The notes beneath the pieces were generated by a model that saw only the letters and a program-made list of their open reading frames with translations, searched no databases and had not been told where the DNA came from. A program made the position numbers and the translations under genes. DNA of 64,000 nt from Candidatus Aenigmatarchaeota archaeon (lineage in GTDB: Archaea; Aenigmatarchaeota; Aenigmatarchaeia; GW2011-AR5): the NCBI GenBank assembly GCA_016187335.1, contig JACPJW010000002.1, positions 32,510 to 96,509 on the forward strand, written 5' to 3'. This document shows positions 45,580 through 55,843 of the stretch, piece by piece (the stretch's first letter is position 1; every line of letters starts with the position of its first letter).

Positions 45580-45585
45580 AGTAAT

Positions 45586-45975
45586 TTATCTTAATTTTAT
45601 CAGCTTCAGGCACTTTATTTTTCCGAAATGTTTTGTATCATCCGTGAACAAGGGCGTTTTAGAATCAATGGCGTGCTGCGCGATTATGGCGTCATTAATC
45701 AGAACATGTTCAGTTAGTTCTAATGCCTTTTCAATCGTTTCCTTCTCAACAGGAATGTAAACAAAGCTTTTGCTTGACAAAATATTTTTTGTTCTTTTCA
45801 ATGCTTCTTCATGATTTTTTATAATGCTTAATTTGTGAAAAACTTCAGAAATAATTATTGTGTTGATCAAAATACCTTCCTCGGCAAAACTAGATAGTTT
45901 TTCCACAGCAATTTTATGTTCTGGGTATTCTTCTGTCTCCGAAAAAATTATAACATTAGAATCGGCGAGAATCAT
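45586..45975 (-). CDS. vapC: PIN-domain toxin (VapC-like)
   Basis: ILADSNVII, SEV, NDAIIAQHA, LFTDD; ATGA overlap with the antitoxin. Confidence 0.88.
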   Translation of the reverse strand: MILADSNVIIFSETEEYPEHKIAVEKLSSFAEEGILINTIIISEVFHKLSIIKNHEEALKRTKNILSSKSFVYIPVEKETIEKALELTEHVLINDAIIAQHAIDSKTPLFTDDTKHFGKIKCLKLIKLR

Positions 45976-46232
45976 GGAAGCCACATTTCTTCTTCAATTT
46001 TCTTAAGGTCAATTTTCTTCAATTTTTTAGGGTCTACGTGGATTGGATTTCTTATGTCGTTCAAAAACGGATCGACTTCCTTAACAGCTTTATCATCTTT
46101 TAGCTTTTTCAGGACAATAGAATCCTTATCAACCTGAAGTCTAAAACGCTGGCTCTGCTTCAGTCTTATATTTTTTCTTACCTGCTTCGGCAGGACAATT
46201 CTCCATTTTTTGTCTATTTTCACGATAGCCAT
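45972..46232 (-). CDS. AbrB/MazE-type antitoxin
   Basis: VKIDKKWRIVLPKQVR..SIVLKK swapped-hairpin pattern. Confidence 0.85.
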   Translation of the reverse strand: MAIVKIDKKWRIVLPKQVRKNIRLKQSQRFRLQVDKDSIVLKKLKDDKAVKEVDPFLNDIRNPIHVDPKKLKKIDLKKIEEEMWLP

Positions 46233-46272
46233 ATTTTGACCCACTAATATGTGGGCTAATTCTTATTTAAAG

Positions 46273-48126
46273 TTATTTCTTTCTTCCCCAGACGTAATAG
46301 TATTCCGTGAACTTTTTCTTCTCTTTTCTGATGCTGAAAGAAACGCCCAGCCCGGAAAACAGATGGCTTATTTTCTGCTCGTTCTCAAGGAAATCGTTCG
46401 CCGGCAGCCCGAATGACCTGCCGAAGCTGAGAAATGAAAAGGAGCCGCCTTTTTTCAGCGTTTTGAACATTTTTCTCAGAGAGGCCTTGGGCTTGTCCAG
46501 ATATTCCAGAACGCCGACGCAAACCACGGCGTCAAAGGAGTTTTTGGGGAAATCCGCGCTGTCTTCCTTCACGAAAACAACGTTGGGCATCTTTGACTTT
46601 TTTGCCTTGTCCAGAGCCTTTTCCAGCTGCTTCTGGCTCAGGTCAACCGCAACAACCCGCTTCGCTTTCCTGGCGACAGCCAATGCAGTTGTTCCCGAGC
46701 CGCAGCCGAAGTCCAGGACAACGCTGCCTTTTTTCAGTCCAAGCCTTGAAACCACAAGATTCACTTCCCTTTTGCCGTACCATACCGAGAACAGTTTTTC
46801 CCAGAAAAACGAGGCGTCGTTGAAAAATCCTTCAACGAATTTCTTGTCATGCTGCAGCTTGATTATGGCATAAAGAGGGAATCCCATGAGAACCAGTATC
46901 AGGCCCAGCAAAAATATGTCCGCAGCGCCGGGCACTGTTTCTATCCATATGCTTAACAACAATATATTGAAAGCAGCGACAAGGAGCGGCAGCTTGTCGT
47001 TCATCGGGGAGGTGTAGCCGCGTTTTCCCCGGTATGTTCTGCTTAATTTGACAACGCAAAGAAGCACGACAGAATAAACTATGACAACAAGCGGTATGAG
47101 AAGCGATATCAATATCATGTAACTCCCGAGACCAATTATTGTTACCAAAGAAGACACAATAGTCTGGAAAATTATCGCATTGTGCGGCGTCCTGTATTTT
47201 TTGTGAACTTCCCCGAGGCTTTTTATCAGGACGCGGTCGCGGGACATGGCGTAAAGCAGCCGCGGCGAGGATACCATCCAGCCGGCTGCTGTTCCTATAA
47301 GTGGAATAAAAACGATGATGGCAAACAGCGGTGCAAAATCGCTGCCGAAAATCTTTGAAGCGATAAAAACGAGAGGCGCCTGCTGGGCGGAAAATTCTTT
47401 CCAGTCAGCAACGCCCAGTGAAACAAATACAATCAAGATTGATATGACAGCAATTATAGATGTCGCAATCACAAGAATTTTAGGCAGTGTTTTCCTGACA
47501 TCCTTGATTTCTTCCGCAAGGTATGTAGTTGTTTCCCATCCGAAAAATGTTTCTGATATGAAATATATGGCAAGGAATATCGAACTGGCAGGGAACAGAA
47601 AGAAAGGATGAAAGTTGGAATAATCGACCTTTAGCATGCCCGGAAATATTATGAAGAGAAGCGAAAGCGCCGTTACAATGCCGAAAATCAGGAGCAGCCT
47701 TGACGACCAGTCGATGCCCCGGTAATTTATGTAATTGAAAAGTATTATTATGAAAAGCGACGCAATAATGTAGAAGTTCATTCCCTGCAACGGAAAAAGA
47801 TAGTAGAGGGATCCGACGACGAGCATCGCTATTGTTATGTTGGCGATGATCCATGCAGTCCATCCCATGATGAAAGACCACTTCTCGCCGAAAGCCCTTT
47901 TAACGTACTCGTAAACGCCTCCGGCCTTAGGGTACATAGAAACAAGCTCGGCGAAGCACATGGAAATAAGTATAGCAATAGCGCCCATGACTGCCCACGA
48001 TATTAGGGATGCGGGCCCTGCGTAAGCGGCGCCTATTGCAGGAAGAAAGAATATTCCTGTGCCGAGTATCGCATTTATGGCAAGGAGCAGCAGCGTGAAC
48101 TTGCCTATGCTTCTCTTGAGCTTCAT
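46273..48126 (-). CDS. APC-family amino-acid permease fused to C-terminal class I methyltransferase
   Basis: ILGTGIFFLP, AELVSMYPKAGGVYEY, GWET, PRLLYAMSRD; then VLDFGCGSG, VDLS, FDAVVCVGVLEY in one ORF. Confidence 0.88.
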   Translation of the reverse strand: MKLKRSIGKFTLLLLAINAILGTGIFFLPAIGAAYAGPASLISWAVMGAIAILISMCFAELVSMYPKAGGVYEYVKRAFGEKWSFIMGWTAWIIANITIAMLVVGSLYYLFPLQGMNFYIIASLFIIILFNYINYRGIDWSSRLLLIFGIVTALSLLFIIFPGMLKVDYSNFHPFFLFPASSIFLAIYFISETFFGWETTTYLAEEIKDVRKTLPKILVIATSIIAVISILIVFVSLGVADWKEFSAQQAPLVFIASKIFGSDFAPLFAIIVFIPLIGTAAGWMVSSPRLLYAMSRDRVLIKSLGEVHKKYRTPHNAIIFQTIVSSLVTIIGLGSYMILISLLIPLVVIVYSVVLLCVVKLSRTYRGKRGYTSPMNDKLPLLVAAFNILLLSIWIETVPGAADIFLLGLILVLMGFPLYAIIKLQHDKKFVEGFFNDASFFWEKLFSVWYGKREVNLVVSRLGLKKGSVVLDFGCGSGTTALAVARKAKRVVAVDLSQKQLEKALDKAKKSKMPNVVFVKEDSADFPKNSFDAVVCVGVLEYLDKPKASLRKMFKTLKKGGSFSFLSFGRSFGLPANDFLENEQKISHLFSGLGVSFSIRKEKKKFTEYYYVWGRKK

Positions 48127-49043
48127 AGAACCGCCAGCGATATTAAGTATAGGGCGTACAGCCCTATTAATGTCGTTCCTGCAATTCGGTCGAAGTGCAT
48201 CCTTGTCGCGATGAGCAGGAAAACCAAGGATGTGAAAATAAAGAAGCCTAAGACAAACGATTCTACTGTTCCTATGCTTATCGGGTTTATTACCGAGGAA
48301 ATGCCCAGAATAAGCGTAAGGTTTGTGACTATCGAGCCTATCGTATCGCCCACAGCAAGCCCGAAGTCTTTCTTTCTCAAAGCAGCGATATTGACGCTTA
48401 GCTCGGGCAGCGTGGTGCCCAGAGATATGATAGTTGCACCTATTATCGTTTCGGCTATTCCAAATGACTTGGAAATGTTTACAGCGCTTGTCGTTACAAA
48501 ATAGGCGCTTGCAACGACAACAAGAACCGATGCCACAAGCTCCGATGCGGCTTTCATTTTTTCTGTTGCAGGCAGGTTCTTGTTATGGTTCATGCCGACA
48601 TCTATGCCTTCTTTGACAATCTGCTCCAAAAAAACGTAGAAAAGAATTACAGCAAACATGCCGACCGCGATATTTGAAACCTTTAGCACCAGCAGAAACA
48701 GCGCCATTATTGTCGTGATGATAACGGCCTGGTCAAGCTCGATGAAATCCTTTCTCTTCGGCCTGAATCCTGCAAAAATCATTATGCCAAGGACGAGCGT
48801 CAGAAGCGTTATGTTCGCGCCCACAAGATTGCCGAAGCTCAGCTGGTTTTCCTTTGCGGCAGCGGAAATGACCGCTATTGAAAGCTCAGGCAGCGATGTC
48901 GACAGCGCGATGAAGACGAAGCCGATGACGAAATGGTTTATGCCGGTGAGCTTCGAGAGCCGCGCCGCTTTCTTCACCGTGATGCCGCTGAATTTTGCGA
49001 GAATAAGCAATGCAACGGCAAGTATGACAAAATCCAGAGCCAT
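48123..49043 (-). CDS. Na+/Ca2+ (CaCA-family) antiporter
   Basis: Two alpha repeats: ALSTSLPELS..GNLVGAN and SLGTTLPELS..GDTIGS. Confidence 0.92.
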   Translation of the reverse strand: MALDFVILAVALLILAKFSGITVKKAARLSKLTGINHFVIGFVFIALSTSLPELSIAVISAAAKENQLSFGNLVGANITLLTLVLGIMIFAGFRPKRKDFIELDQAVIITTIMALFLLVLKVSNIAVGMFAVILFYVFLEQIVKEGIDVGMNHNKNLPATEKMKAASELVASVLVVVASAYFVTTSAVNISKSFGIAETIIGATIISLGTTLPELSVNIAALRKKDFGLAVGDTIGSIVTNLTLILGISSVINPISIGTVESFVLGFFIFTSLVFLLIATRMHFDRIAGTTLIGLYALYLISLAVL

Positions 49044-49086
49044 AAATCTATTCTGTCCGGATATTTAAAATAGCCGGATCCAAAAT

Positions 49087-49617
49087 TTATTCGAGAAAAA
49101 CCGCAAGAATTCCGGGGTTGCTGGCAAGGTACAGCGCAAGCAGTATGTTGAATATTACGTTCATCAGTTTTTTCGGCGTCAGCGGTAGCGCTTCCAAGGC
49201 GAGGTCAGTCAGAAAGTTCATCAGGATTTTCAGAAGAAAAACCGCTGTAAATATGATGAAAAAGTCAAAGCCTTTCATGAAATGCGCAGCCAGGGTCGAC
49301 AATGCGTCTACGAAATGAGGGGCCATCGGAACGAAAGGCATTATATCCCCGCCGAAAAGGTAGAATTTCAGTGCGTCAAGCAGAATTGATATTAAAAACA
49401 CGTATAGAAAAGCGAAAAAGCCGAATTTGATTCCTATGATCACCGCCAGGAATGTTGTAAGCTCTATTCCTATGCTCCACAGGCGCGCCCCGCTCAGGAT
49501 TATCTTGTCAAACCAGAGGAGAAAGAAAATAAGAGTAAGGAGCCATCCTCCGATGACATAAGAAATCACTATGCCTCCCAGAAAAGTGTATACGAACGCG
49601 TCCCGCTTCCATTCCAT
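49087..49617 (-). CDS. Hypothetical multi-pass membrane protein
   Basis: Several hydrophobic helices. Confidence 0.7.
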   Translation of the reverse strand: MEWKRDAFVYTFLGGIVISYVIGGWLLTLIFFLLWFDKIILSGARLWSIGIELTTFLAVIIGIKFGFFAFLYVFLISILLDALKFYLFGGDIMPFVPMAPHFVDALSTLAAHFMKGFDFFIIFTAVFLLKILMNFLTDLALEALPLTPKKLMNVIFNILLALYLASNPGILAVFLE

Positions 49618-49731
49618 GGTAAAAAATTAAAAGAAATCTATAAAAAATTCAAAACCCAGCGTGAAATTATTTTGCGCCGACGGTATTTATAAAAATTTCC
49701 CGGATAAAATTATGCCCAGAGTATTAGAAAA

Positions 49732-52700
49732 TCATCCGCCGAAATAGCGCAGGAATCCCAAGTCTACTATGTAATTTTCGCTTGCGCGCCCGCCGAGCGG
49801 CTGGCTGACTATTGATGCTTCGCTTTCGTAGTTCTGGCTGGTTCCCTTTATGACTGCCACACTTATCCTGATTCCCGGCGGCTCTTCAAACGCCTGGGCT
49901 GCTGACAGCCAGCTTATTGTGTTCAGCAGTAACCTGCTTCTTGTTGCTGCATCGCTGACGGAATCCAGGGAGAACGCCATGTAAGCTATTTTCTGGCTGC
50001 CTTGGTAAGCGACGATGGCTGATTTGCCGCTGTTCCATCTGGCGACTTCAATGCTGTTGCTGGTGACAGAATCAGGATAAGGTCCTGCGGCGCTGTTGAT
50101 AAGTATCCTGCCTATTCCTGATGTTATTTTGTGCGCTGTTGTGCTTATGTAATTGGAATCCTCGGCTATTATGTCCTTGTCAATGCTCACGGACAGGCCG
50201 CCCACGGTGAAATTGCTGTTGTCAAAGGCTATGTCAGAGCCTTCTATGATTATTCTTTTGGCTTCGCTGAGCAGGGATGCTTCCGTCGCGTTAAGAACGC
50301 CGCCCCAGTAATCGCCCGCGCTCCATATCACGATGTCATGCTTCTTTATTTCCTCCTTTGAAGGCATTCCTTTCTCGCTCTGCTTCCATGTTTTGAAGCA
50401 GTAGCCGCCGGATTTCAGTATGTTCAGCGTATCTTCTACGCTGCTGCCGTTCCCTGAAACGAAAGGCGCGTCGTTGTCTTCAACAACCAGAACGCTCGCA
50501 TTGTTGCAGCCATATAGGGATGATGTGTATCTTTCGGTTGTTCCTCTGGATACATCCTTCGACTGAGCGACAAGTTCATGCACCCCGCTCTCGGTTTTCC
50601 ACAAAAATTCCTGGCTTTGGGTTGAGCCGGGAATAATCGAGCCTGTTTTCTTGCCCAGCGATTTATTCTCGACAAACAGTTCTGTTTCATAGCCTGTTGT
50701 TGCGCCGCCTGCGTTCGAGATGTTTGCAGTTATTTTGGTTGTGTTGCCGCTTCCCGTGGATTCAGGCACGGACAGCAACGTCACCAGCCTGGATTGCGCA
50801 GGAGCGACGCTTACATTAATCTTCATGGAATTGTTGAAATAGGTTGTTTCGGCAATTGCAAATTCCGGGTTTATGAAGAATTCTATCTCATGATTGCCCT
50901 CTATCAACAATAGAGATATTTTAGCTCTTTTACCTTCTGCAGCGACTGTTTTTTGTCTGATTCCATCAACATACGCAGATACAAACAATTTGGGAGGTGT
51001 GTAATTTTCCAAAAAGATGAAAAGTTCATAAGGATTTTTTAGTTCAAGTGAAAACTCAGCTTCAGAAGCGGCTGAGATAAATGTCGGATACGTTGTATTT
51101 TTTATGGCTGAGTCATCAGTAGCTTTTTCAATAAGCCATTTTAATGTATTGTTGGCTAAAGTTTTCTTTTCGCTGTCGACCAGAGAGTCAAATAAAAACG
51201 GCATGAACAGAACCCTGCTGGAGCCTTCATAAGCAACCAATGAAGATTTTCCAGAGCCCCATGATGCTATCTCAACGCCGCCGTTTGCCGGTGTAACTGT
51301 CTCAGGCGATGCGGATAAATTTCCTAACTTGAGCGCCGACAGGCCTTCTACAACAGGGTGCCTTCTTGTCACGTTTATTTCTGACAGTGACTGTGTTGTC
51401 AATACATTTTCAGTTATAACAGCATGAGCCACTTCTTTCATGAAATCGTCGTCAATATGCCTTGATGCGATGTCCTCGCCTTCGAGGAGCAGTTTTCCCT
51501 CAGAAGCTGTATAATTCTTCAGCAAATCAGCGTCTGCATCATCTATGTTTACCTGGTCGTTGCCCTCGCTCCATATTACGGCCGGGAATTTTTTCATGTG
51601 TTCAAGATTTGGTTGGCCGAATATCTTCTTGTCCCAGCGTATCGGGCAGTATGTGCTGTTCAGCGCTTTTTCAAAATCGTTATCACTGTCCACTAGAAGA
51701 ACTTTTTCTTTTGTGCAAGGCTCAACATTAATTTTGCTAACATTTGTAAACACGCAGTTGTCAAACTCATCGCATGCTTTTATCTTGAAAGGAACAGAAC
51801 TTACATTGCTTACAATTTTTATTTCAAAATCATAGGAACTGTCGGAAAATCTGAAAAGGCTCCCTTTTACATTAGGGAATTTCGGGCAAACAGCTCCTAC
51901 TACAGGCAGACATGTAACGTTTTCTGAGACTGTTTCAACTGATTTCACAGAGCTGTCGTCAGAAACCTTTCCTCTTATAATAAAAGGCTCGTCTTCTTTG
52001 ACTTTGTTGTTGAAGCTTATTTCGTCAATTTTTGGCAGATTCTTGTCTATTATTCTTATTGTCTGGTTACTGCTATCATAGTTTCCTTCGTAGAAAACAT
52101 TGAAGCTTACTGAATAATATCCGGTTTTTTTAGCGACAAATGTCCCGTTCAAGGTCTTCTGTGAGGCTGCAGGAACATCAGTATAGCCCATGTCAACAAT
52201 AGAATAAGAATCATTGTCCTTGTAAACAACCGTTTCTGTATGAACGCCAATTGTCATGTTCCAGGGGTTTTCAAATGCAATGCTTACTGGAATTTCTTTG
52301 TTCACCTCCGATTCCGTAGGAACATATGAGGAAACTATCCTTAATATTCTTGGTACAGTAACGTTCATCTGTTTTGTAACGTTTTCTCTCCTGTTCCCAT
52401 AAATTATTGACGCCTTGGATGAGTAAATGCCTCCGGGAATGCTCATTGTTTCTTTCAGGATGAATTTCTTTTCTGATGCAGGGGATATCTCGGATATGTC
52501 AGAGCCGAAAACGTCAAAGGATTTGCCGCTGCTCTCTATTCTTATTTCAACTGAAGCGTTCACGGCAAAGGAATCGTTATTTTTTGCCGTTACTTGGAAT
52601 TCAGCTGCGCTTCCTTTTTCAGACTGCTGCGGCGATACGAAAGAAGTTATTTCAACGGAATCGGGGACGAAAACGGTGAAATTTTTCTGGAATACGCTTC

Positions 52701-54987
52701 TCTTTCTGGTTCCGTCTTCCAAAAATTCTATCCTTAAAGTGTAATCCTTCGGTTCGCCTGAAGCCCAGGTAAAGTTGAATGTGTGCTCTTCGTCGCCTCT
52801 CATGTCCAGCGTTTCGCCGAATGTTTTCCTGTAATCCCCGCCTATCTCGCTTATTTCCATTCTGGATTCAACTTCGTGCGATATAGTATCGGTATTTTTG
52901 TATCTTGCAGAAAATCCGTACTGCCTGTTTGTCGTGAATTCTCCTGGCATTGCAACAATGTAGTCTGTCAGCTCAAACAATGCAGAAAGGTTGGTAACAT
53001 GATTATCCGCATCAGACGAGAAAACCGTAGCCGTGTAGTTTCCAAGCATGGCGTCAGCAGGGAATCTGTATATTTTATCCCATAAAAATTCTCTTTGCTC
53101 TAATTGTATTGTAACCGCGCTATTATTTGGAGCCGTGAAAACAACGCTTACGCTTTTCACCCCTTTGTTGTCGGTCGTGTTCACGGCCAGAAGCACTTCT
53201 TCCCCCCTGAAAATAATCCTGGAAAGGTTGAAGCTGTATATGATAGGCTCGTCGGACTGGTATATGTCAATGCTGACCCTTACCGTCGCGTTCCTGTCGT
53301 TCGTTTCCACGGCAATATTCTCGCTGAATTTTCCCAGACCGAAAGAAGCCGGGTTGAATTCTATGTCCATGTATTCGTCGGTCACCGGCTGGACTACGCT
53401 GCTTGTCAGGGAAACTTTCAGCCTTCCGTCATGTGTTGCATTGCTTATAACCAGGTCTTTCGCTCCAGTGTTGTTCATCTTAACCCGCTTCTTGACCTGC
53501 CTGCTTATCGGCGTTTCTACTGTTACGTTTTCATCCAGACCGATTTTCGGCGGTATTATCTTGCCAAGTTTCACAAGGCCCGAGCCGTGCTTCACGTCCC
53601 TGCCAGCAGGACCTAAATCCAGTGCATTCAGTTCAATCAGTTTTTTGATTTGGCTAGGGTTAAGTTTCGGATTCGCTTCCAGAAGCAAAGCCGCCGCGCC
53701 GGCAACATGAGGCGCTGCCATGCTGGTCCCCCGAAGCAATGAATAGCCTCCTCCAGGAACAGAAGAATTTATCCACTCTCCAGGCGCGACCACGTCCGGC
53801 TTTGTCCCGTAGCCGGATATTTCTCCATAGCTCGAGTAACAAACATATTCATTTCTCTTGTCAACAGATCCTACCGTAAGCGCGTAAGGCGAGCATCCGG
53901 GAGTTGTGACGCCTAAGTAGGATCCGCAGTTTGAGCTTGCGCAATTCAGCTCTCCGCAGTTCCCGGCTGCGACAACAACGAGAACCCCGCGTTCAGTCGC
54001 GTCTTTTATTGCGAGGGATTCGGGCGATGCGAAAGGATTCGAGCATTCCGGCGACCCGAGGCTCATGATTATAACATCGGCACCGTCATCCGTGTTATTG
54101 TCGCCGTCAGGGTCAACAGCCCAGTTTATGGCTGCTATGATGCCGCTCATGCTGCCACTGCCAGAGTCGCCCAGAACCTTCGCGTTGTACAGAAGCACGT
54201 CCGGCGCAACTCCTTTCAGCGTTCCGTTGCCTGCTGCAATCCCCGCAACGTGCGTCCCGTGGCCATAAACATCCGTTGAACTGCCTTCCCCGGTGAATAT
54301 CTTTTCCTTCACCACCTTGCCGCGGAGAATCTCGTGCCTGGAATCAATGCCCGTGTCCAGAACAGCGATCTTGATGCCTTTGCCCGTATAGCCCTTTGCC
54401 CACAGGGAAAGCGCCTCTATCTGCGGCACGCTCTGTTCAAGCATCGCATACACCGGTGTGTCTTGCCATACGCTGACAACGCTCACGCCGCTTGCTATGC
54501 TTTGAACCTTGTTTCCGGGAATTTCGGCTACAACGATGCTGCCGACGGAATAAGAGCCGGAAACGCTTCCTCCGGCTTTTTCTATCTCGGAAGAAACCTT
54601 TTCAAACTCCGAATCGTCCGAAACGTGGAGCAGCACTTTAACCTTTTCATCGGGCTTTTTTTGTATCTCCGATTTGAGCGCAGGCTGTATCTTTTCCGCC
54701 GGCGGCGAACCACCGCCACCACCGCCGCCCCCTCCGGTCCTTGTGATATTTGTGGCGTTTGTTTTCGGTTTTGTTTCATTCCCGGAAAGTTTTTGCCCCT
54801 CTATGGTATTTTTCTGAAAATCAGGCAAAAATGCGGCGACATCCCTTATCTTTGCATCCGCAGTTCTTTCGGGTAGTTTCCCTGAATTATCCTGGGCTAC
54901 GTTTCCTGTAGCGTTTTGCATGCTGAAGAATAATAAAACAGCGGCTACCAGTAACGCCGCGACGCCGACCACAACCCGATTTTTCAT
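49732..54987 (-). CDS. Large secreted S8 (subtilisin-like) serine peptidase, multidomain
   Basis: Signal/anchor, propeptide, VLDTGID, HGTHVAG, GTSMAAPHVAG; Ig/CARDB-like domains; duplicated alpha/beta domain; shared C-terminal domain. Confidence 0.93.
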   Translation of the reverse strand: MKNRVVVGVAALLVAAVLLFFSMQNATGNVAQDNSGKLPERTADAKIRDVAAFLPDFQKNTIEGQKLSGNETKPKTNATNITRTGGGGGGGGGSPPAEKIQPALKSEIQKKPDEKVKVLLHVSDDSEFEKVSSEIEKAGGSVSGSYSVGSIVVAEIPGNKVQSIASGVSVVSVWQDTPVYAMLEQSVPQIEALSLWAKGYTGKGIKIAVLDTGIDSRHEILRGKVVKEKIFTGEGSSTDVYGHGTHVAGIAAGNGTLKGVAPDVLLYNAKVLGDSGSGSMSGIIAAINWAVDPDGDNNTDDGADVIIMSLGSPECSNPFASPESLAIKDATERGVLVVVAAGNCGELNCASSNCGSYLGVTTPGCSPYALTVGSVDKRNEYVCYSSYGEISGYGTKPDVVAPGEWINSSVPGGGYSLLRGTSMAAPHVAGAAALLLEANPKLNPSQIKKLIELNALDLGPAGRDVKHGSGLVKLGKIIPPKIGLDENVTVETPISRQVKKRVKMNNTGAKDLVISNATHDGRLKVSLTSSVVQPVTDEYMDIEFNPASFGLGKFSENIAVETNDRNATVRVSIDIYQSDEPIIYSFNLSRIIFRGEEVLLAVNTTDNKGVKSVSVVFTAPNNSAVTIQLEQREFLWDKIYRFPADAMLGNYTATVFSSDADNHVTNLSALFELTDYIVAMPGEFTTNRQYGFSARYKNTDTISHEVESRMEISEIGGDYRKTFGETLDMRGDEEHTFNFTWASGEPKDYTLRIEFLEDGTRKRSVFQKNFTVFVPDSVEITSFVSPQQSEKGSAAEFQVTAKNNDSFAVNASVEIRIESSGKSFDVFGSDISEISPASEKKFILKETMSIPGGIYSSKASIIYGNRRENVTKQMNVTVPRILRIVSSYVPTESEVNKEIPVSIAFENPWNMTIGVHTETVVYKDNDSYSIVDMGYTDVPAASQKTLNGTFVAKKTGYYSVSFNVFYEGNYDSSNQTIRIIDKNLPKIDEISFNNKVKEDEPFIIRGKVSDDSSVKSVETVSENVTCLPVVGAVCPKFPNVKGSLFRFSDSSYDFEIKIVSNVSSVPFKIKACDEFDNCVFTNVSKINVEPCTKEKVLLVDSDNDFEKALNSTYCPIRWDKKIFGQPNLEHMKKFPAVIWSEGNDQVNIDDADADLLKNYTASEGKLLLEGEDIASRHIDDDFMKEVAHAVITENVLTTQSLSEINVTRRHPVVEGLSALKLGNLSASPETVTPANGGVEIASWGSGKSSLVAYEGSSRVLFMPFLFDSLVDSEKKTLANNTLKWLIEKATDDSAIKNTTYPTFISAASEAEFSLELKNPYELFIFLENYTPPKLFVSAYVDGIRQKTVAAEGKRAKISLLLIEGNHEIEFFINPEFAIAETTYFNNSMKINVSVAPAQSRLVTLLSVPESTGSGNTTKITANISNAGGATTGYETELFVENKSLGKKTGSIIPGSTQSQEFLWKTESGVHELVAQSKDVSRGTTERYTSSLYGCNNASVLVVEDNDAPFVSGNGSSVEDTLNILKSGGYCFKTWKQSEKGMPSKEEIKKHDIVIWSAGDYWGGVLNATEASLLSEAKRIIIEGSDIAFDNSNFTVGGLSVSIDKDIIAEDSNYISTTAHKITSGIGRILINSAAGPYPDSVTSNSIEVARWNSGKSAIVAYQGSQKIAYMAFSLDSVSDAATRSRLLLNTISWLSAAQAFEEPPGIRISVAVIKGTSQNYESEASIVSQPLGGRASENYIVDLGFLRYFGG

Positions 54988-55000
54988 AGGGACGCCTAGG

Positions 55001-55843
55001 TTATTTTTCTTTTCTGAATTTTCCCAGTATCTTGGAAAAGAAGCTTTTCTTTTTTCCCTGCTTTTCTTCGCTTTTTTCTTTTAGTTCGTCTTTCTTTTCA
55101 AAATCCTCTTTCTTTATCCACTTCGTGCCTTCGGGATCAACGTTCCAATAAATCGCCCTTTTTTCCGGAACGTCAGACTTTATCTTGAAACCTAATTCTC
55201 TCAATCTTTTCCGAATCCAGTAGCGAGGGCCTATTTCTTTGCCATCTGCTCCAACGCCTCTTTTACCTAGCCAAACTTTTTCCGAATGTTCCTTGATTAT
55301 GGAAATCAAATCTTTTCTTGAAAGCTTTTTCTTGTAGTTCTTTTTGATTTTAGCAAGAGATTTATCTCTCAAAAATTCATGACTTTTAAAACCTGGAAAC
55401 CATTTTCGACTTATTTGATAATTTTTCAAATATGGTACAATGCAGAAATCGTAAGGGTCTCTGTAGTATTCAAATGCACACACTTCAAGATTACTTATTT
55501 CATCGTTATCTCCAACTCCATACGCGCAAGCCGGATCAATTTCAGCTATTTTGTCGGCTATTGATTCAATTAGAATTTCATAATATCCGTGATTAGACGT
55601 TTCAAAATGAAATCCTACTAAAGGCTCTTCAAAAATTTCTCCTGATTTAGCTGTTTTAATTTTGAAAGCTCCTGCGCCTTTTTCACGGTCCTTATTGTCG
55701 TAAATATAGTATTGGCCAATTTCGTCAATTTTATCTGAGACAAGATTTCCGCTTTTCATTAAAGCTTCAAAAAGCATTTTCCTTGATTTTTCTATATCAG
55801 AATCTTTTTCCAAGATTACATTGACGTAATATCTTACTCCCAT
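55001..55843 (-). CDS. Candidate immunity protein
   Basis: No signal peptide, AT-rich, ATG immediately after toxin stop (TAAATG) with AGGAGG SD; immunity role inferred from position. Confidence 0.55.
   Translation of the reverse strand: MGVRYYVNVILEKDSDIEKSRKMLFEALMKSGNLVSDKIDEIGQYYIYDNKDREKGAGAFKIKTAKSGEIFEEPLVGFHFETSNHGYYEILIESIADKIAEIDPACAYGVGDNDEISNLEVCAFEYYRDPYDFCIVPYLKNYQISRKWFPGFKSHEFLRDKSLAKIKKNYKKKLSRKDLISIIKEHSEKVWLGKRGVGADGKEIGPRYWIRKRLRELGFKIKSDVPEKRAIYWNVDPEGTKWIKKEDFEKKDELKEKSEEKQGKKKSFFSKILGKFRKEK

Noticed and set aside
11297-46232. Integron-like array explaining the scattered AT-rich genes
   Set aside because: No integron integrase or shared attC-like site; only one gene has direct-repeat boundaries
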